A stretch of DNA of 64,000 nucleotides from Candidatus Woesearchaeota archaeon. GTDB taxonomy: Archaea > Nanobdellota > Nanobdellia > Pacearchaeales > GW2011-AR1. Under the pieces are notes generated by a model. It was not told the DNA's origin. It did not search any database and saw only the letters and a program-made list of their open reading frames with translations. Position numbers and translations under genes: made by a program. Shown here piece by piece: positions 9,359 through 19,424 of this stretch. The stretch spans positions 10,450-74,449 of the forward strand of contig CAZQLD010000002.1 of assembly GCA_964594115.1 (NCBI GenBank), in the 5' to 3' direction. How positions within the stretch are numbered: the stretch's first letter is position 1; each line of letters opens with the position of its first letter.

Positions 9359-10096
9359 ATGAGAAAAGAATGGTTGTTTGTTATTGTAGGAATTTTGTTA
9401 GTTGTAGGAGTTATTGCTGAATCTAATGGAACTAATAATGGAAATGTGACTAATGGAACTAATAATGGAAATGGTGCTGACTTAGGAGATAATGAAACAG
9501 AACAAAATCAAACAGGAAAAGGAGGTGCAATCATAAATAAGACTAAAACAAGAGTAAGCAAAGAAAATATAACTTTTGTTCCATGGCAAAAAAGAAATGA
9601 GAGTGAGTGCATGGAAGGATGTACTTGCAGAGGAGCAGTTGTTACATGTCCTACTGAAACAGGAAGAGTAATGACTATAACTGCTGGAAGATCTGGAAAT
9701 ATAATCACAATAACAATGGAGAAGGTAAGTGTAAATACAAGTCTGGAGTTAGAGCAGGAAATGGACCAAGAAAGAAATCAGACAAGGTTAAAAGCTAAAC
9801 TTAGTAATGGAATAAAAGCAGAGGTAAAGATTATGCCTGATACTGCTTCTGAAAGAGCATTAGAAAGATTAAGATTGAGAGTTTGTGGCGAAGAGAATAA
9901 TTGTTCAATTGAATTAAAAGAGATTAGTGAGAAAAACCAGTTAACTTATGAACTCCAGGCAGAGAGGCATTCAAGATTATTGTGGCTATTTAGAAAGAAG
10001 ATGAAGGTAAAAGCCCAGGTAGATGCTGAAACTGGTGAGATTATTCGGGTTAAGAAACCTTGGTGGGCTTTTTTAGCAAGTGAACCTGAAGAATAA
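9359..10096 (+). CDS. Secreted hypothetical protein with C-terminal PepSY-like motif
   Basis: Signal peptide; duplicated NGTNNGN; VDAETGEII..KKPWW. Confidence 0.6.
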   Translation: MRKEWLFVIVGILLVVGVIAESNGTNNGNVTNGTNNGNGADLGDNETEQNQTGKGGAIINKTKTRVSKENITFVPWQKRNESECMEGCTCRGAVVTCPTETGRVMTITAGRSGNIITITMEKVSVNTSLELEQEMDQERNQTRLKAKLSNGIKAEVKIMPDTASERALERLRLRVCGEENNCSIELKEISEKNQLTYELQAERHSRLLWLFRKKMKVKAQVDAETGEIIRVKKPWWAFLASEPEE

Positions 10097-10165
10097 ACTG
10101 AAGAATAAATAAAGCACAAGCTTTTTATAGGTATTCAACTTGATATTTCTACAAAAGAGGTTAAA

Positions 10166-10486
10166 ATGAATTGGGTAATAATAACTGTTTTGATTGCTCT
10201 GGCATTTTTTTTCCTTAGAGTCAGGCATATTAAACATAAGATTTTTTTAATAGTCATTATTGTTGTTTTGCTGTTCTTTTATACAACCAGTTCTCAGGTT
10301 TTATCTAAGCATAATATTGACTGGAAATCAGTTTCTGGAATAGAAAAGGGTTTAAAAGTATATTTTTCTTGGCTTGGAGGGGCTTTGGGTAATCTTAAGG
10401 TTCTTACTGCAAATGCAGTAAAAATGGATTGGAGTGTAGAAAACAGCACAAATGGAATAAAAGTAGTTGAAGGCAAAGAAAGATGA
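10166..10486 (+). CDS. Hypothetical membrane protein
   Basis: Two TMs; SD AAAAGAGGTT upstream. Confidence 0.65.
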   Translation: MNWVIITVLIALAFFFLRVRHIKHKIFLIVIIVVLLFFYTTSSQVLSKHNIDWKSVSGIEKGLKVYFSWLGGALGNLKVLTANAVKMDWSVENSTNGIKVVEGKER

Positions 10487-10680
10487 AAATAATTATAGCT
10501 ATTATTATGTTTCTGTGTATAGGTGCTTTTTTTATAATTAGCCAGAATACTCTTGCTTTGATAGAAGAGAAGAATATGAGTGAGTTTGTTTCTCTTTATA
10601 AGGATTGGCTTAGTAGGACTTTTAATAATATAGGAAGCCTAACTGGGCATATAGTTAATATGGACTGGTTGCCTAAATAA
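10483..10680 (+). CDS. Small membrane protein, distant paralog of the upstream ORF
   Basis: ATGA overlap; shared Y..WL...N...LT...V.MDW pattern. Confidence 0.6.
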   Translation: MKIIIAIIMFLCIGAFFIISQNTLALIEEKNMSEFVSLYKDWLSRTFNNIGSLTGHIVNMDWLPK

Positions 10681-10683
10681 AAA

Positions 10684-11022
10684 TTATCTTTCAGTTTCTT
10701 TAAGAAGTTTTTTAATATCTACTTTATCTCTTTTTTTCATATTCTTTCTTAGCCAGGAAATTACTATTAAAGACCAGGCAAGAAACATTCCTATAACAAA
10801 AATTATTCCGTAAAGATTCTCCCTACTGGCTCCGATAGCTCCTCCACTTATCCCTCCTAAAGAAAACAAAGAAACAGCAAACCCGATACTAGAAATTATT
10901 CCTGAAATTAAAATAAAAACCTCTAATCTTTTCTCTTTTTTCTCTAATTTATTAACTTCTTTTTTAAACTTTTCTGCGATAGGGGGCTCTTTTTTTCTTG
11001 TTTTGTGATTAACCATATCCAA
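10684..11022 (-). CDS. Hypothetical membrane protein
   Basis: ORF with two TMs. Confidence 0.55.
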   Translation of the reverse strand: MDMVNHKTRKKEPPIAEKFKKEVNKLEKKEKRLEVFILISGIISSIGFAVSLFSLGGISGGAIGASRENLYGIIFVIGMFLAWSLIVISWLRKNMKKRDKVDIKKLLKETER

Positions 11023-11374
11023 AAAAGTCTTTAAAGTTTATAAATCTTTTAGTACATACAGTCGATATTTTTAAACTCTTTTTCTAGAATTCCGCAACAC
11101 TCCCCGCATTCCTCACAACAAAGTTTTACCTTTCCTTTGTTTGTTATTACTGATTTGTAGCTTGCTTTACAGCACCTGCTTATGAAAAAGTCTCTTATTC
11201 TTTGTATCCTCATTTTTACACTGTTTTTTACACTTCTTTTTTGGGCACCCAACCTAAAAGGTTATGAGAAAGTAACAATTAAACTGGAAATCAGTATTTA
11301 AAAACTCTTTTGTGTACTTTTGAGTGAGAAAACTGACAGCAGGTTTAAATAATATAAATTTTTAAAGTTTTAGT

Positions 11375-11478
11375 GCCTCAGTAGCTCAGTTGGTTAGAGC
11401 GTTACCTTGGTACTGTAGGGAAACTTGGATATCTTGCTGAAAAGGTAGAGGTCCTGAGTTCGAATCTCAGCTGAGGCT
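11375..11478 (+). tRNA. tRNA-Thr(GGT) with 30-nt intron at 37/38 (11413-11442)
   Basis: Acceptor GCCTCAG/CTGAGGC with U73; exons TTACC-TTGGTA|A-GGTAG; splice helix TTGG/CTGA. Confidence 0.92.
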
Positions 11479-11486
11479 TGTTTAAG

Positions 11487-11837
11487 ATGGCAAAAAAGGG
11501 TTACATGGGACTTTCAGCACAAGCTGCTGGAGTGGATATAAATAAGCGTCATAGATGGGAGTCTAGAAGGCCGTGTTTAAGTAATTTAGTTTCTGGTCCA
11601 CAAACTACCTATACTTCTGATGAGAAAGTTTCTAAAGTAGCTGATCAAAGGATAAGAGCTTCTTTTACTAAAGAAACTGTTTTTAATACAACCCCAATTA
11701 CTAAGAATGATGAATTATATGGTAGGAATAAAATAAGGCATGGGCGGGATTATAAGGTTGAAACGTCTAGTGGAATTTATTTTGTAAGAACAAACAATTC
11801 TGGAAGAAAAATTCTTAGAAAAAGGAAACTTAATTAA
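11487..11837 (+). CDS. Hypothetical basic protein
   Basis: ORF immediately after tRNA-Thr; ATG start preferred over TTG. Confidence 0.45.
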   Translation: MAKKGYMGLSAQAAGVDINKRHRWESRRPCLSNLVSGPQTTYTSDEKVSKVADQRIRASFTKETVFNTTPITKNDELYGRNKIRHGRDYKVETSSGIYFVRTNNSGRKILRKRKLN

Positions 11838-11868
11838 GTTTATAAACCACCTTTTTCTATTCCTCTTT

Positions 11869-12354
11869 ATGCCAGAAGAATCTCCTTTAGAAGATTTGAA
11901 AAAAGATTATGAAGTTCTAAAAAAGAAGTATAATCTTCCTGAGTTTCAAAAGCTGAATGAAGAGTTTGATACAGAAAAAGTAGCAGAGCATGAAACTGAC
12001 TGTCTGCTTAGGGAAATAAGAAAAGCAGTCATGGACAAGGTTATAGCTTATTTGAGATTTGTTGAGATGCTTCTTAACCCTTCAAATGTCCCAATATTTT
12101 TCTTTGCTTTAGTTAAAGGGCTGACTCCTAGCGACAAGAGGATATTAGAGAGAATATATAGCAGACTAGGGAACTTTGAAATAGATGTCATTGAACTAGA
12201 CTGCAGGTATAGTGAGAAAGATGAAGCAGAGTTCATAAAGAAGATAGTAAGAGAGTGGAAGGATATAAAAGAAGAAATGTTAAAATTAGTAGAAGTTTTA
12301 AGAAGAAACTGGGACCAAAAGTCAAGAAAATCTGAAAAAGGTTATTGTGGATGA
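11869..12354 (+). CDS. Conserved-looking hypothetical helical protein
   Basis: Leaderless TATA promoter; KKYNLP.F..L..EF...LLREIR pattern. Confidence 0.65.
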   Translation: MPEESPLEDLKKDYEVLKKKYNLPEFQKLNEEFDTEKVAEHETDCLLREIRKAVMDKVIAYLRFVEMLLNPSNVPIFFFALVKGLTPSDKRILERIYSRLGNFEIDVIELDCRYSEKDEAEFIKKIVREWKDIKEEMLKLVEVLRRNWDQKSRKSEKGYCG

Positions 12355-12408
12355 AGATATATTTTCTATAATATAAGTTTTTATAAATACGTTTGTTATT
12401 TGTTTTTT

Positions 12409-12783
12409 ATGAAACTCCCTTCAAGAATCAAAACAAGAGTTGAAAAATATTTTCCTTTTAAAGATGAAGAATCAGAGTCTATTAGTAGAGTGAGGGATTT
12501 TGGTGTAATTTATGCAGTGGAAGAGACTAGGCCAGATGATGGTGGAGGATTATTAGAAACAGTTACTGCAGGTTGTTGGATAGCATCGAGAGAGAGTGAT
12601 GATGGAGGCAAGCATCAATTGGAACTAAAATTCCAAGTTAGAGGTAGGGATTATAATAATATTGAAGATGATTCAACTTGCTCTGGTCAGATGGATGATT
12701 TCAATCAAATAAAACAACAGGCAATAGATTTAATGAAAAAAACACTTCCAAATTATGTTACTAGGGTTTTACCTAGTCATTAA
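12409..12783 (+). CDS. Hypothetical protein
   Basis: ORF with its own TATA box. Confidence 0.5.
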   Translation: MKLPSRIKTRVEKYFPFKDEESESISRVRDFGVIYAVEETRPDDGGGLLETVTAGCWIASRESDDGGKHQLELKFQVRGRDYNNIEDDSTCSGQMDDFNQIKQQAIDLMKKTLPNYVTRVLPSH

Positions 12784-14381
12784 AGTTCTTCTATGTTGAT
12801 TTCCATGCTTGAGACAGGCATTTTAAGATGCCAGTTTTTTATTACAAAGGGCGAGATTTCTCCGAGGAATCCTATGTTTTTTTCATTTACTATAATCTTA
12901 CCACACCTGCCTTTAATAAAAGAAAGGCTTTCAGCAGGTTCTATTTTATATTCAACATCCAGCATTCTCATTAAGTAATCAAGGATTTGTTTAATTTCTG
13001 TGAAATCTGTTTCTCCTGATAGTGAGATGCAAAGTTTTTCTTGCTCTTCTAAATTTTCATTAAAGACCCTTCCAAGTTCAAATGTCTTTTGAGGGTATTT
13101 TGCGTCTGTGTTCTCACTTAAAACTTTTAAGGAATTTACAAGCAAACTTGAACGCAAGATATTGTAGTCTGTTTTTGACTCTAAGACTTCTGTTGCCTTG
13201 CTTCTGAGTCCTGTTTTTTTAATGTCTTTTTTTGTAGTAAGATGATAGGTTGAAACTTCTAATAATCTTAACCCAACAAGAATTTCAGCTATTTTTCTTT
13301 TTTTAATTTCAAAAGAATTTTCTTTTCCGATAGTAGAGATTTGGGGGATTTCAGGGATAAATTTATCATAACCATAGGCAATTGCAATATCTTCATAAAC
13401 ATCTACTGGGTGGAGGATGTCTGTTCTGTATGCAGGACTTTCTGCAACACCTTTGCTATACAAATATCCCATTTTAGAAAGAAGAGCTTTAATTTCCTGC
13501 TCTTTTAACTGCAAGCCAAGAAGCTTATTTGCCTCTTCTATGTTAATTTTAGTTTTTTCTGGAGTTAAGTCTGGTGTAATAAGCTTTTTATTTCCATACT
13601 CAAGTCTCATCCCATATATTTCTCCGCCCATATCTGATAGTGCTGTTACAAGTATATTGAGGGTTTTTTTCTGAGCCTCTATGTCATGTCCAGAACACTC
13701 AATAAAAACATCTTTTGTTTCATTGGAAATCTTTCCTGTCATTTCTGAATTTATTATTGGAGGCATGCTTAGCACCCTCCCAGCAGCATCTCTGAAAACA
13801 GGATATTTTTTCTTGTTAGATAATAAGTAAGCATAGCCTCTTCCTTTTGGATGGCGAGAAAGGATTTGCTTGCCAGTCATCTCTTTAGTCATCTCTAAGG
13901 GAATGAATTTGATTTTATCTGGGTCTTCTGCTCTATAAATGATTGGTAGCTGGATTTTTTCTAATGGATAAATACCAATTGCAATTTTTTTTCTGTTTCT
14001 CCCAAAAGTTGAGTGCAATTTTTCCTGTATATCCACTATTTCCCTGATTTTTTCATCATCAAACTTCAGATTTCTTACAATAGCACATGTTGTATAAGGG
14101 CGAACAGGCTTTACACTTGAATCTATTTTGACAGAATAATCTTTTTGAGGGGGGTTTACTTTATATTCTGAAGTTTTCTTTTTTCCTAAAAATGTTAGAA
14201 ATCCCCTTAGATAGCCTTGCAATGACAATAAGTCAGGACGGTCTGGAAAAATTTCTATTTCAATTTCATTATCTGTTAAAGATTCTAAAGGTGTTCCAAA
14301 GAGCGCTATTTTTTCTTTTATTTCTTCTGTTATTTTAATATGTTTTTCAAACTCTTTTCTTAAAAATTTTACATTAGCCAT
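12780..14381 (-). CDS. pheT: Phenylalanine--tRNA ligase beta subunit (archaeal type)
   Basis: PDRPDLLS, QEKLH...R.RKK.AIG, SMPPIINS, YRTDILHPVDVYEDIAIAYGY. Confidence 0.95.
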   Translation of the reverse strand: MANVKFLRKEFEKHIKITEEIKEKIALFGTPLESLTDNEIEIEIFPDRPDLLSLQGYLRGFLTFLGKKKTSEYKVNPPQKDYSVKIDSSVKPVRPYTTCAIVRNLKFDDEKIREIVDIQEKLHSTFGRNRKKIAIGIYPLEKIQLPIIYRAEDPDKIKFIPLEMTKEMTGKQILSRHPKGRGYAYLLSNKKKYPVFRDAAGRVLSMPPIINSEMTGKISNETKDVFIECSGHDIEAQKKTLNILVTALSDMGGEIYGMRLEYGNKKLITPDLTPEKTKINIEEANKLLGLQLKEQEIKALLSKMGYLYSKGVAESPAYRTDILHPVDVYEDIAIAYGYDKFIPEIPQISTIGKENSFEIKKRKIAEILVGLRLLEVSTYHLTTKKDIKKTGLRSKATEVLESKTDYNILRSSLLVNSLKVLSENTDAKYPQKTFELGRVFNENLEEQEKLCISLSGETDFTEIKQILDYLMRMLDVEYKIEPAESLSFIKGRCGKIIVNEKNIGFLGEISPFVIKNWHLKMPVSSMEINIEEL

Positions 14382-14383
14382 CT

Positions 14384-14710
14384 TTATTCACTATAATCTC
14401 TTTTTTTCATTTCTTCCATCTTGATTTTAATTGCTTCTTCAATGTCTACACCAAATCTTTTTGCTATAGTCAAAACTATAAATATCACATCCGCAAATTC
14501 TTTTTTTAAATCTTTTTCATTAAGATTATCAAGTTTGCTTTTTCTTTGATAGCCCTTATGTTTTAATAGTTCTTCAAATAGTTCTCCAAGTTCTTCAACT
14601 ACTTTAAAACCCATAGCCATTGTTAATTCTTTATCGTCTTTATCATTATAATGCTTTTCTAGTTTTTTTATTTCTTTTTCTATAAATTGGTTTATCTCTC
14701 TTATTTCCAT
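14384..14710 (-). CDS. MazG-like nucleotide pyrophosphohydrolase
   Basis: KVVEELGEL...EFADV all-alpha NTP-PPase motif. Confidence 0.85.
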   Translation of the reverse strand: MEIREINQFIEKEIKKLEKHYNDKDDKELTMAMGFKVVEELGELFEELLKHKGYQRKSKLDNLNEKDLKKEFADVIFIVLTIAKRFGVDIEEAIKIKMEEMKKRDYSE

Positions 14711-14711
14711 T

Positions 14712-14972
14712 TTATTCTAACTCTATAACCCAGTGCCCATGCTCCTTTATTTGTTCTAAGGTGTAGAAATCACTTAATTTTATTTTATTTAAATTTTTTA
14801 CCTTCTTTTTTAAGGTTCTCCCAGTATAGCTTTTTGTTTCTGGATTATATTCTTCTAATACTAAGATATCCCCTTCTTTTATTTCAAAATCAGCTAATCT
14901 TAAGTCTGTTGTTTTTTTACCTTCTAATATTTTCTGAAACAATTCAGGCCAGGTTTTCTTTTTAATCTCCAT
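14712..14972 (-). CDS. ASCH/DUF3850-family RNA-binding or nucleoside-acting protein
   Basis: KTWPELFQKILEGKKT.DLR..DF....GD.LVLEEY....YTGR. Confidence 0.85.
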   Translation of the reverse strand: MEIKKKTWPELFQKILEGKKTTDLRLADFEIKEGDILVLEEYNPETKSYTGRTLKKKVKNLNKIKLSDFYTLEQIKEHGHWVIELE

Positions 14973-15333
14973 CTTTATTGTCTATGCCTCCTGCTAGTTT
15001 ATTTGCGTGCTTAACTTTTTTCATTTTTTCAGCAGGCATTCTTTTTTCATATTCTTCTAATACATCTTTGAAGCCAGTTTCAGCATCAACGCCTGTTTGA
15101 TTTGCAATTTTTAGTATCAGGAAGAGAGTATCACCAACAAAATTTTCAACTTCATCTTTCTTTTTTTCTACAATCTCTTTTTGTTTTTCATCATCAATCC
15201 ATTTTATTAAATTCCACAGTTCCCCGACTTCTTCTGTTATATTAAGAGATAAATCTTTTAAGTCCCAGCAATCTTTCCAGCCTCTTTCTTCGTCAAATTT
15301 TTTAACTTTTTCTTGTGCTTTTTTTATTTCCAT
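14962..15333 (-). CDS. MazG-like nucleotide pyrophosphohydrolase
   Basis: FDEERGW, TEEVGEL, VGDTLF. Confidence 0.8.
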   Translation of the reverse strand: MEIKKAQEKVKKFDEERGWKDCWDLKDLSLNITEEVGELWNLIKWIDDEKQKEIVEKKKDEVENFVGDTLFLILKIANQTGVDAETGFKDVLEEYEKRMPAEKMKKVKHANKLAGGIDNKDGD

Positions 15334-16843
15334 TTTTCCTCCAGATTTTCATTTCTCTTAATTTAGTTAAGTTATTTTCATACATCTCTCTTAAATCTTT
15401 TATATTATAATAATCCATTATTGCCCTATCAAATCCAGGACCCCATGCTAGAACAGGAATATGTTCTCCTAATAGGGGAATTGTTAGTTCTGGACGGAAG
15501 ATTCCAGCTCCGCCTAATTCCAGCCATACTTTTTTCTCAGGATGCCACCAGTTTATTTCTACACTTGGTTCAGTATATGGGAAATATGCTGGAGTAAAGC
15601 GTATTTTTTCAAAACCCATTTTATTGAAAAATTCTGTCAAATATCCTAATAAGTGCCTAAAATTAGCATCTTTATCTATTACAATTCCTTCTGTTTGATT
15701 GAACTCAAAACCATGGCTCCAGTCAACTGTCTCATTTCTAAAACACTTTCCAATCGCAAAGAATTTTCCTTTTTTCTTGTTTAGTTTTGCAAGAGTTTGA
15801 GCTGATAAACAGGTTGTATGTGTTCTTAAGAGGGTTTTTTTTGCATCTTCTTCTTGCCATTTATACTGCCAGCCTTTGCTTCCAGAAGTTCCAGTTTCAT
15901 GTGCTTTTTTGACAGCCTGAACAATCTTTTTATCAGGAAGACTGCTTGTTTTATCTATAAAAAAAGTATCCTGCATTTCTCTTACAGGATGATCTTGTGC
16001 TGTGAATAAAGCATCAAAATTCCAAAATCCGCTCATTACTAGGTTTCCAGACATTTCTTCAAAGCCAAGTTCTGTCCATATTTTTCTTGCATAGTCTATT
16101 GCTTGATTAACAAAATGCCTCTTACCACCAGAAATTTTTGGAAGAGGAGAGGTAATGTCATATCTTCTGAATTTTTTCCCTTTCCATGAGCTGTTTTTAA
16201 TCATTTCAGGAGTGAGTTTTTCAATCATCTTGTCTTTTTCTATTTCTCTGAAATCACTTGACAGCAGTTTTTCTCCTAATTCTGTTATTCCAATAAGAAT
16301 CTGTTTTTCCTCATCTACAATTATTATTTTTTTTCTGTTTTTCAGATTTTGAAAAGCAAGTTTTTGTTCAGGAGCAAGTTTTTCTGGAGCCAGAGGCAGA
16401 GTTTCAAGGAATTGTTCTTCTAAAGTTTTTTTAGTAATTTCCTCTGGTTTAGCTTGCAGCATAAGCTTTCCATGGACTAGGTTTATCAGGGCTTTTTTCT
16501 TTAAAGCTCCTAATGCTGCTTTAAATTCATTCTCATTTAATTTAGACTGCTTTTTAGCTTCTTCTAATTGCAAGGACTTTTTTTCTGATAATAGGTTAAG
16601 TAGTCTTCTTTCTGGAAGCCCTTTCTTTTTATAGAGCAATCCATTAATGTCTAAATTAATTGTTTTTTTTGTTTTTTGCGTTAAGACAAGAATTTTCTTA
16701 TTGCTTAAGAATTCTAAAGCTCTTAAAATAGAGATTTTATCTAAGCCAGATTTCTCTTCTATAACTTCTATTTTCTCTTTCAAATAAGGAAGGATTCTTC
16801 TTTCATTAGGTGAAAGGCTTTCAAGAACCTCTTTAATTTCCAT
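15302..16843 (-). CDS. pheS: Phenylalanine--tRNA ligase alpha subunit (archaeal long form)
   Basis: FWNFDALF..QDHPVREMQDTF, LRTHTT, FRNETVDWSH..EF.Q.EG, YFPYTEPS, AWG.G.DR; start moved to MEIKEV. Confidence 0.95.
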   Translation of the reverse strand: MEIKEVLESLSPNERRILPYLKEKIEVIEEKSGLDKISILRALEFLSNKKILVLTQKTKKTINLDINGLLYKKKGLPERRLLNLLSEKKSLQLEEAKKQSKLNENEFKAALGALKKKALINLVHGKLMLQAKPEEITKKTLEEQFLETLPLAPEKLAPEQKLAFQNLKNRKKIIIVDEEKQILIGITELGEKLLSSDFREIEKDKMIEKLTPEMIKNSSWKGKKFRRYDITSPLPKISGGKRHFVNQAIDYARKIWTELGFEEMSGNLVMSGFWNFDALFTAQDHPVREMQDTFFIDKTSSLPDKKIVQAVKKAHETGTSGSKGWQYKWQEEDAKKTLLRTHTTCLSAQTLAKLNKKKGKFFAIGKCFRNETVDWSHGFEFNQTEGIVIDKDANFRHLLGYLTEFFNKMGFEKIRFTPAYFPYTEPSVEINWWHPEKKVWLELGGAGIFRPELTIPLLGEHIPVLAWGPGFDRAIMDYYNIKDLREMYENNLTKLREMKIWRKNGNKKSTRKS

Positions 16844-16953
16844 TAAAAAAGGGAGTTTATGATATTTTATAAACCTTATGTAACTATTTAATAGTTTATA
16901 CAATAATTAGTAAGGTGGGCAAAAATTAAAAACCTTTTCCACTAAATAATAAG

Positions 16954-17748
16954 ATGAGGAAAGCAATTGTGGCAGGACAGTTTTATCCAAGAGATAAAGT
17001 TGCATTAGGGGAGGAAATAAAGAACTATACGAAGAAAAAGCCAGATAGTAGTATAAAAGCAGCTATAGTACCTCATGCAGGTTATATGTTTTCTGGGAAA
17101 TGTGCTGGAGAGGTTTACTCCTTGCTTCCAGAAGCTGGAACTTATGTTATAATTGGAGTTAATCATAATGCTTTAGGAAAGGATATAGCTGTTTCTTTAG
17201 AAGATTTTGAAACTCCTTTAGGAATAGTAGAGAATGATAAGGAATTAGGAAAAGGAATGCTGAATAAATTAGCTGTAGAGAATGATGATAAGTCTCATGA
17301 ATTTGAACATTCAATAGAAGTGCAATTGCCGTTTTTACAAGTAACACAAAAAAATTTTAAGATTCTGCCGATAATTTTAAAAAATTATGATTTACAAATA
17401 TGCAAGCAGATAGCTAAAGCAATTGTTGATTTAGCTAGAAAATTAAAAAGGAAGATTATAGTTATAGCTAGTTCTGATTTTACTCATGCTGGTCCTGGTT
17501 ATGGGTTTTTTGGGAGTATTGATATTGACAAAGAAGCAATTGATAAGATATTGAAATTTGATACCAAGGGTTTTATGGAAATAGCAGAAAAAACAACAAT
17601 TTGCGGAGCAGGCGCTATTGCTGTAACAATTGAAGCTTCTAAATTATTAGGAGCGAAAAAAGCCAAATTATTGAATTATTATACTTCTGTAGAGATAATG
17701 CCAAGTGAGAATAAAGTAGGTTATGCGGGTATTGTGTTTTTTGCCTGA
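16954..17748 (+). CDS. MEMO1 family protein (AmmeMemoRadiSam protein B)
   Basis: VAGQFYP, VPHAGYMFSG, EHSIEVQLPFLQ, ASSDFTH, TICG, VGYA. Confidence 0.92.
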   Translation: MRKAIVAGQFYPRDKVALGEEIKNYTKKKPDSSIKAAIVPHAGYMFSGKCAGEVYSLLPEAGTYVIIGVNHNALGKDIAVSLEDFETPLGIVENDKELGKGMLNKLAVENDDKSHEFEHSIEVQLPFLQVTQKNFKILPIILKNYDLQICKQIAKAIVDLARKLKRKIIVIASSDFTHAGPGYGFFGSIDIDKEAIDKILKFDTKGFMEIAEKTTICGAGAIAVTIEASKLLGAKKAKLLNYYTSVEIMPSENKVGYAGIVFFA

Positions 17749-18167
17749 GATGTTGAGGCCCCTAAAGTCAGGAGAAAGGAGAAAGCATTTTTTTTATCAT
17801 ACTTTCCGATTAATATCAAATCAGTTTTAGCTTTTTTGCATAACATTATGTTTTGCTTAATTCTGGCTAGAAGAATCGCTCTTTCCTTGCCTTTTGTTTT
17901 TTTTATTTTTTCTAAATCAATTCCTATTTTTATGTTGTTGTTTTTTGCTATCTTGCATAAGATTTCATTTAATCCAGAGTCTCTTTGTTTTAATTTATCT
18001 TTTCTGTTATGGAGTTCTGGAGATAAAAGAATATCAACATCTTTGTTTTCAAGGATTTTTCTGTTGAATTCTTGGCCTTGAGCTAAGACTATAACCTGTT
18101 TTTTTTCTTTTTTAAATGTTTGAATCTGTTTTCTTGCTTCATTTATGTTATTGGTAGAGATTATCAT
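17721..18167 (-). CDS. rnp3: Ribonuclease P protein subunit p30 (short form)
   Basis: NRKILE...VDILL..E...DSGLN..L.KIA..NNI.IG. Confidence 0.75.
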   Translation of the reverse strand: MIISTNNINEARKQIQTFKKEKKQVIVLAQGQEFNRKILENKDVDILLSPELHNRKDKLKQRDSGLNEILCKIAKNNNIKIGIDLEKIKKTKGKERAILLARIKQNIMLCKKAKTDLILIGKYDKKNAFSFLLTLGASTSQAKNTIPA

Positions 18168-18288
18168 GCATTTATTAAGAATATTCTACTTTAAAATTTA
18201 ACTCTTTTTTGTGTTTAAGAGATGGTTAACCGCTGTTGATTGCAAGGGCGCCAAAAATTTTTTAAAGAATTACACATTTAATAATACT

Positions 18289-18618
18289 ATGAAAGTTGAA
18301 TTTTCGACTGCAAATCAAGAGCAGGAATTATATGTTGGATTAAGTACAGAAGAATTAAGGGGATTATTAAAAGGAGAACAAATTAAATCTGAAAGAGTAG
18401 AAATCGAAAAGAAAGATTTAGCTTATTTTATTAAATGTGATTTCTCTGGTGAATATCCAGATACGCATTTCTCTATTGGAATGGGGGGGAAGATTATTCA
18501 GAAAATATTAACACTCCCTTCTGTAGAAGAGCTTTGTATTTCAGAATATGTAAGTGAACGCTTGGGTCCATATAGAGGTTTTTTTTATCATTTAAAGGCG
18601 CTCGAGCGATTGAGTTGA
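18289..18618 (+). CDS. Hypothetical protein
   Basis: ORF with TATA box upstream of internal ATG. Confidence 0.45.
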   Translation: MKVEFSTANQEQELYVGLSTEELRGLLKGEQIKSERVEIEKKDLAYFIKCDFSGEYPDTHFSIGMGGKIIQKILTLPSVEELCISEYVSERLGPYRGFFYHLKALERLS

Positions 18619-19329
18619 ACATGATTTTAGAGTTTTATCTGAACTTATTAATGTCCCCATAAAATGTTTATTGTTTAGAAGATAGTCTAGATTTTTTAAT
18701 TCAGGGCCTAGAATGTATGTTATAATTTTATGTTTTTTGATTATCTTTGCTGCAATTTGGTCTAGGACAAAATGCTGTCCAGGCTTAAATTCAATCTGTT
18801 TTGCCATTTTTAGAAAATCTTCATGAGAAATTTCTGGGATAAATTTAGCTGTTTTATGTTTTTTTGGATTTTTATCATATAACCCAGAAACATTTGTTAG
18901 GTTAATAAAATCTGTTTTAAAGTAATTAGCTATTTTTGCTGCTGTTCCGTCACTTGTTTCTTTTTTTGCATATCTTAGTGCTCCGCAAAAAACAACACTA
19001 TTAAATCTCAAGAGTCCTTTAATTTGTTTCATGTTATGTGGGATTCCTTGATTAGCGTCTTTACCAAAAAAATAAGTCATAAATCTTGCGTTTAATCTTG
19101 TTGTCGAAATTCCTAACAAGCTTTGAAAATAAAGTTTTTTCTTTTCAACATTTTCGAGACCCTTAATATAAGCTCTGGCAGTACTTCCTCCACCGCAAAC
19201 AACAACAAACTTATACTTTTTCTTGTTCTTTAAAAGGATTTTTTTAAAGCCTTCTAAGAATTTTGTGTTAAGTTTTCCTGGAACAATCAAGCTTCCACCT
19301 AAACTTATTACAACTACTTTTTTCCCCAT
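18592..19329 (-). CDS. pyrH: Uridylate kinase (archaeal type)
   Basis: VISLGGS, VCGGGSTARAYI, TSDGTAA, LTNVSGLY..NP, PGQHFVLD. Confidence 0.92.
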   Translation of the reverse strand: MGKKVVVISLGGSLIVPGKLNTKFLEGFKKILLKNKKKYKFVVVCGGGSTARAYIKGLENVEKKKLYFQSLLGISTTRLNARFMTYFFGKDANQGIPHNMKQIKGLLRFNSVVFCGALRYAKKETSDGTAAKIANYFKTDFINLTNVSGLYDKNPKKHKTAKFIPEISHEDFLKMAKQIEFKPGQHFVLDQIAAKIIKKHKIITYILGPELKNLDYLLNNKHFMGTLISSDKTLKSCSTQSLERL

Positions 19330-19424
19330 TTCAGAAAAAAGATTGTTTTATTTTTAAATGTTTTTAATATATATGTTGGAGAATAGAAATTGTTTTTAAA
19401 TAGAAATTGGTTGTTTTATGTAAT

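Noticed and set aside
10087..10110. 12-bp tandem duplication CTGAAGAATAAA at a stop codon
   Set aside because: Likely replication slippage; no associated element.
11049..11252. 67-aa Cys-rich ORF
   Set aside because: Uncertain start and no recognisable family; it may be a real small Zn-ribbon protein but cannot be supported.
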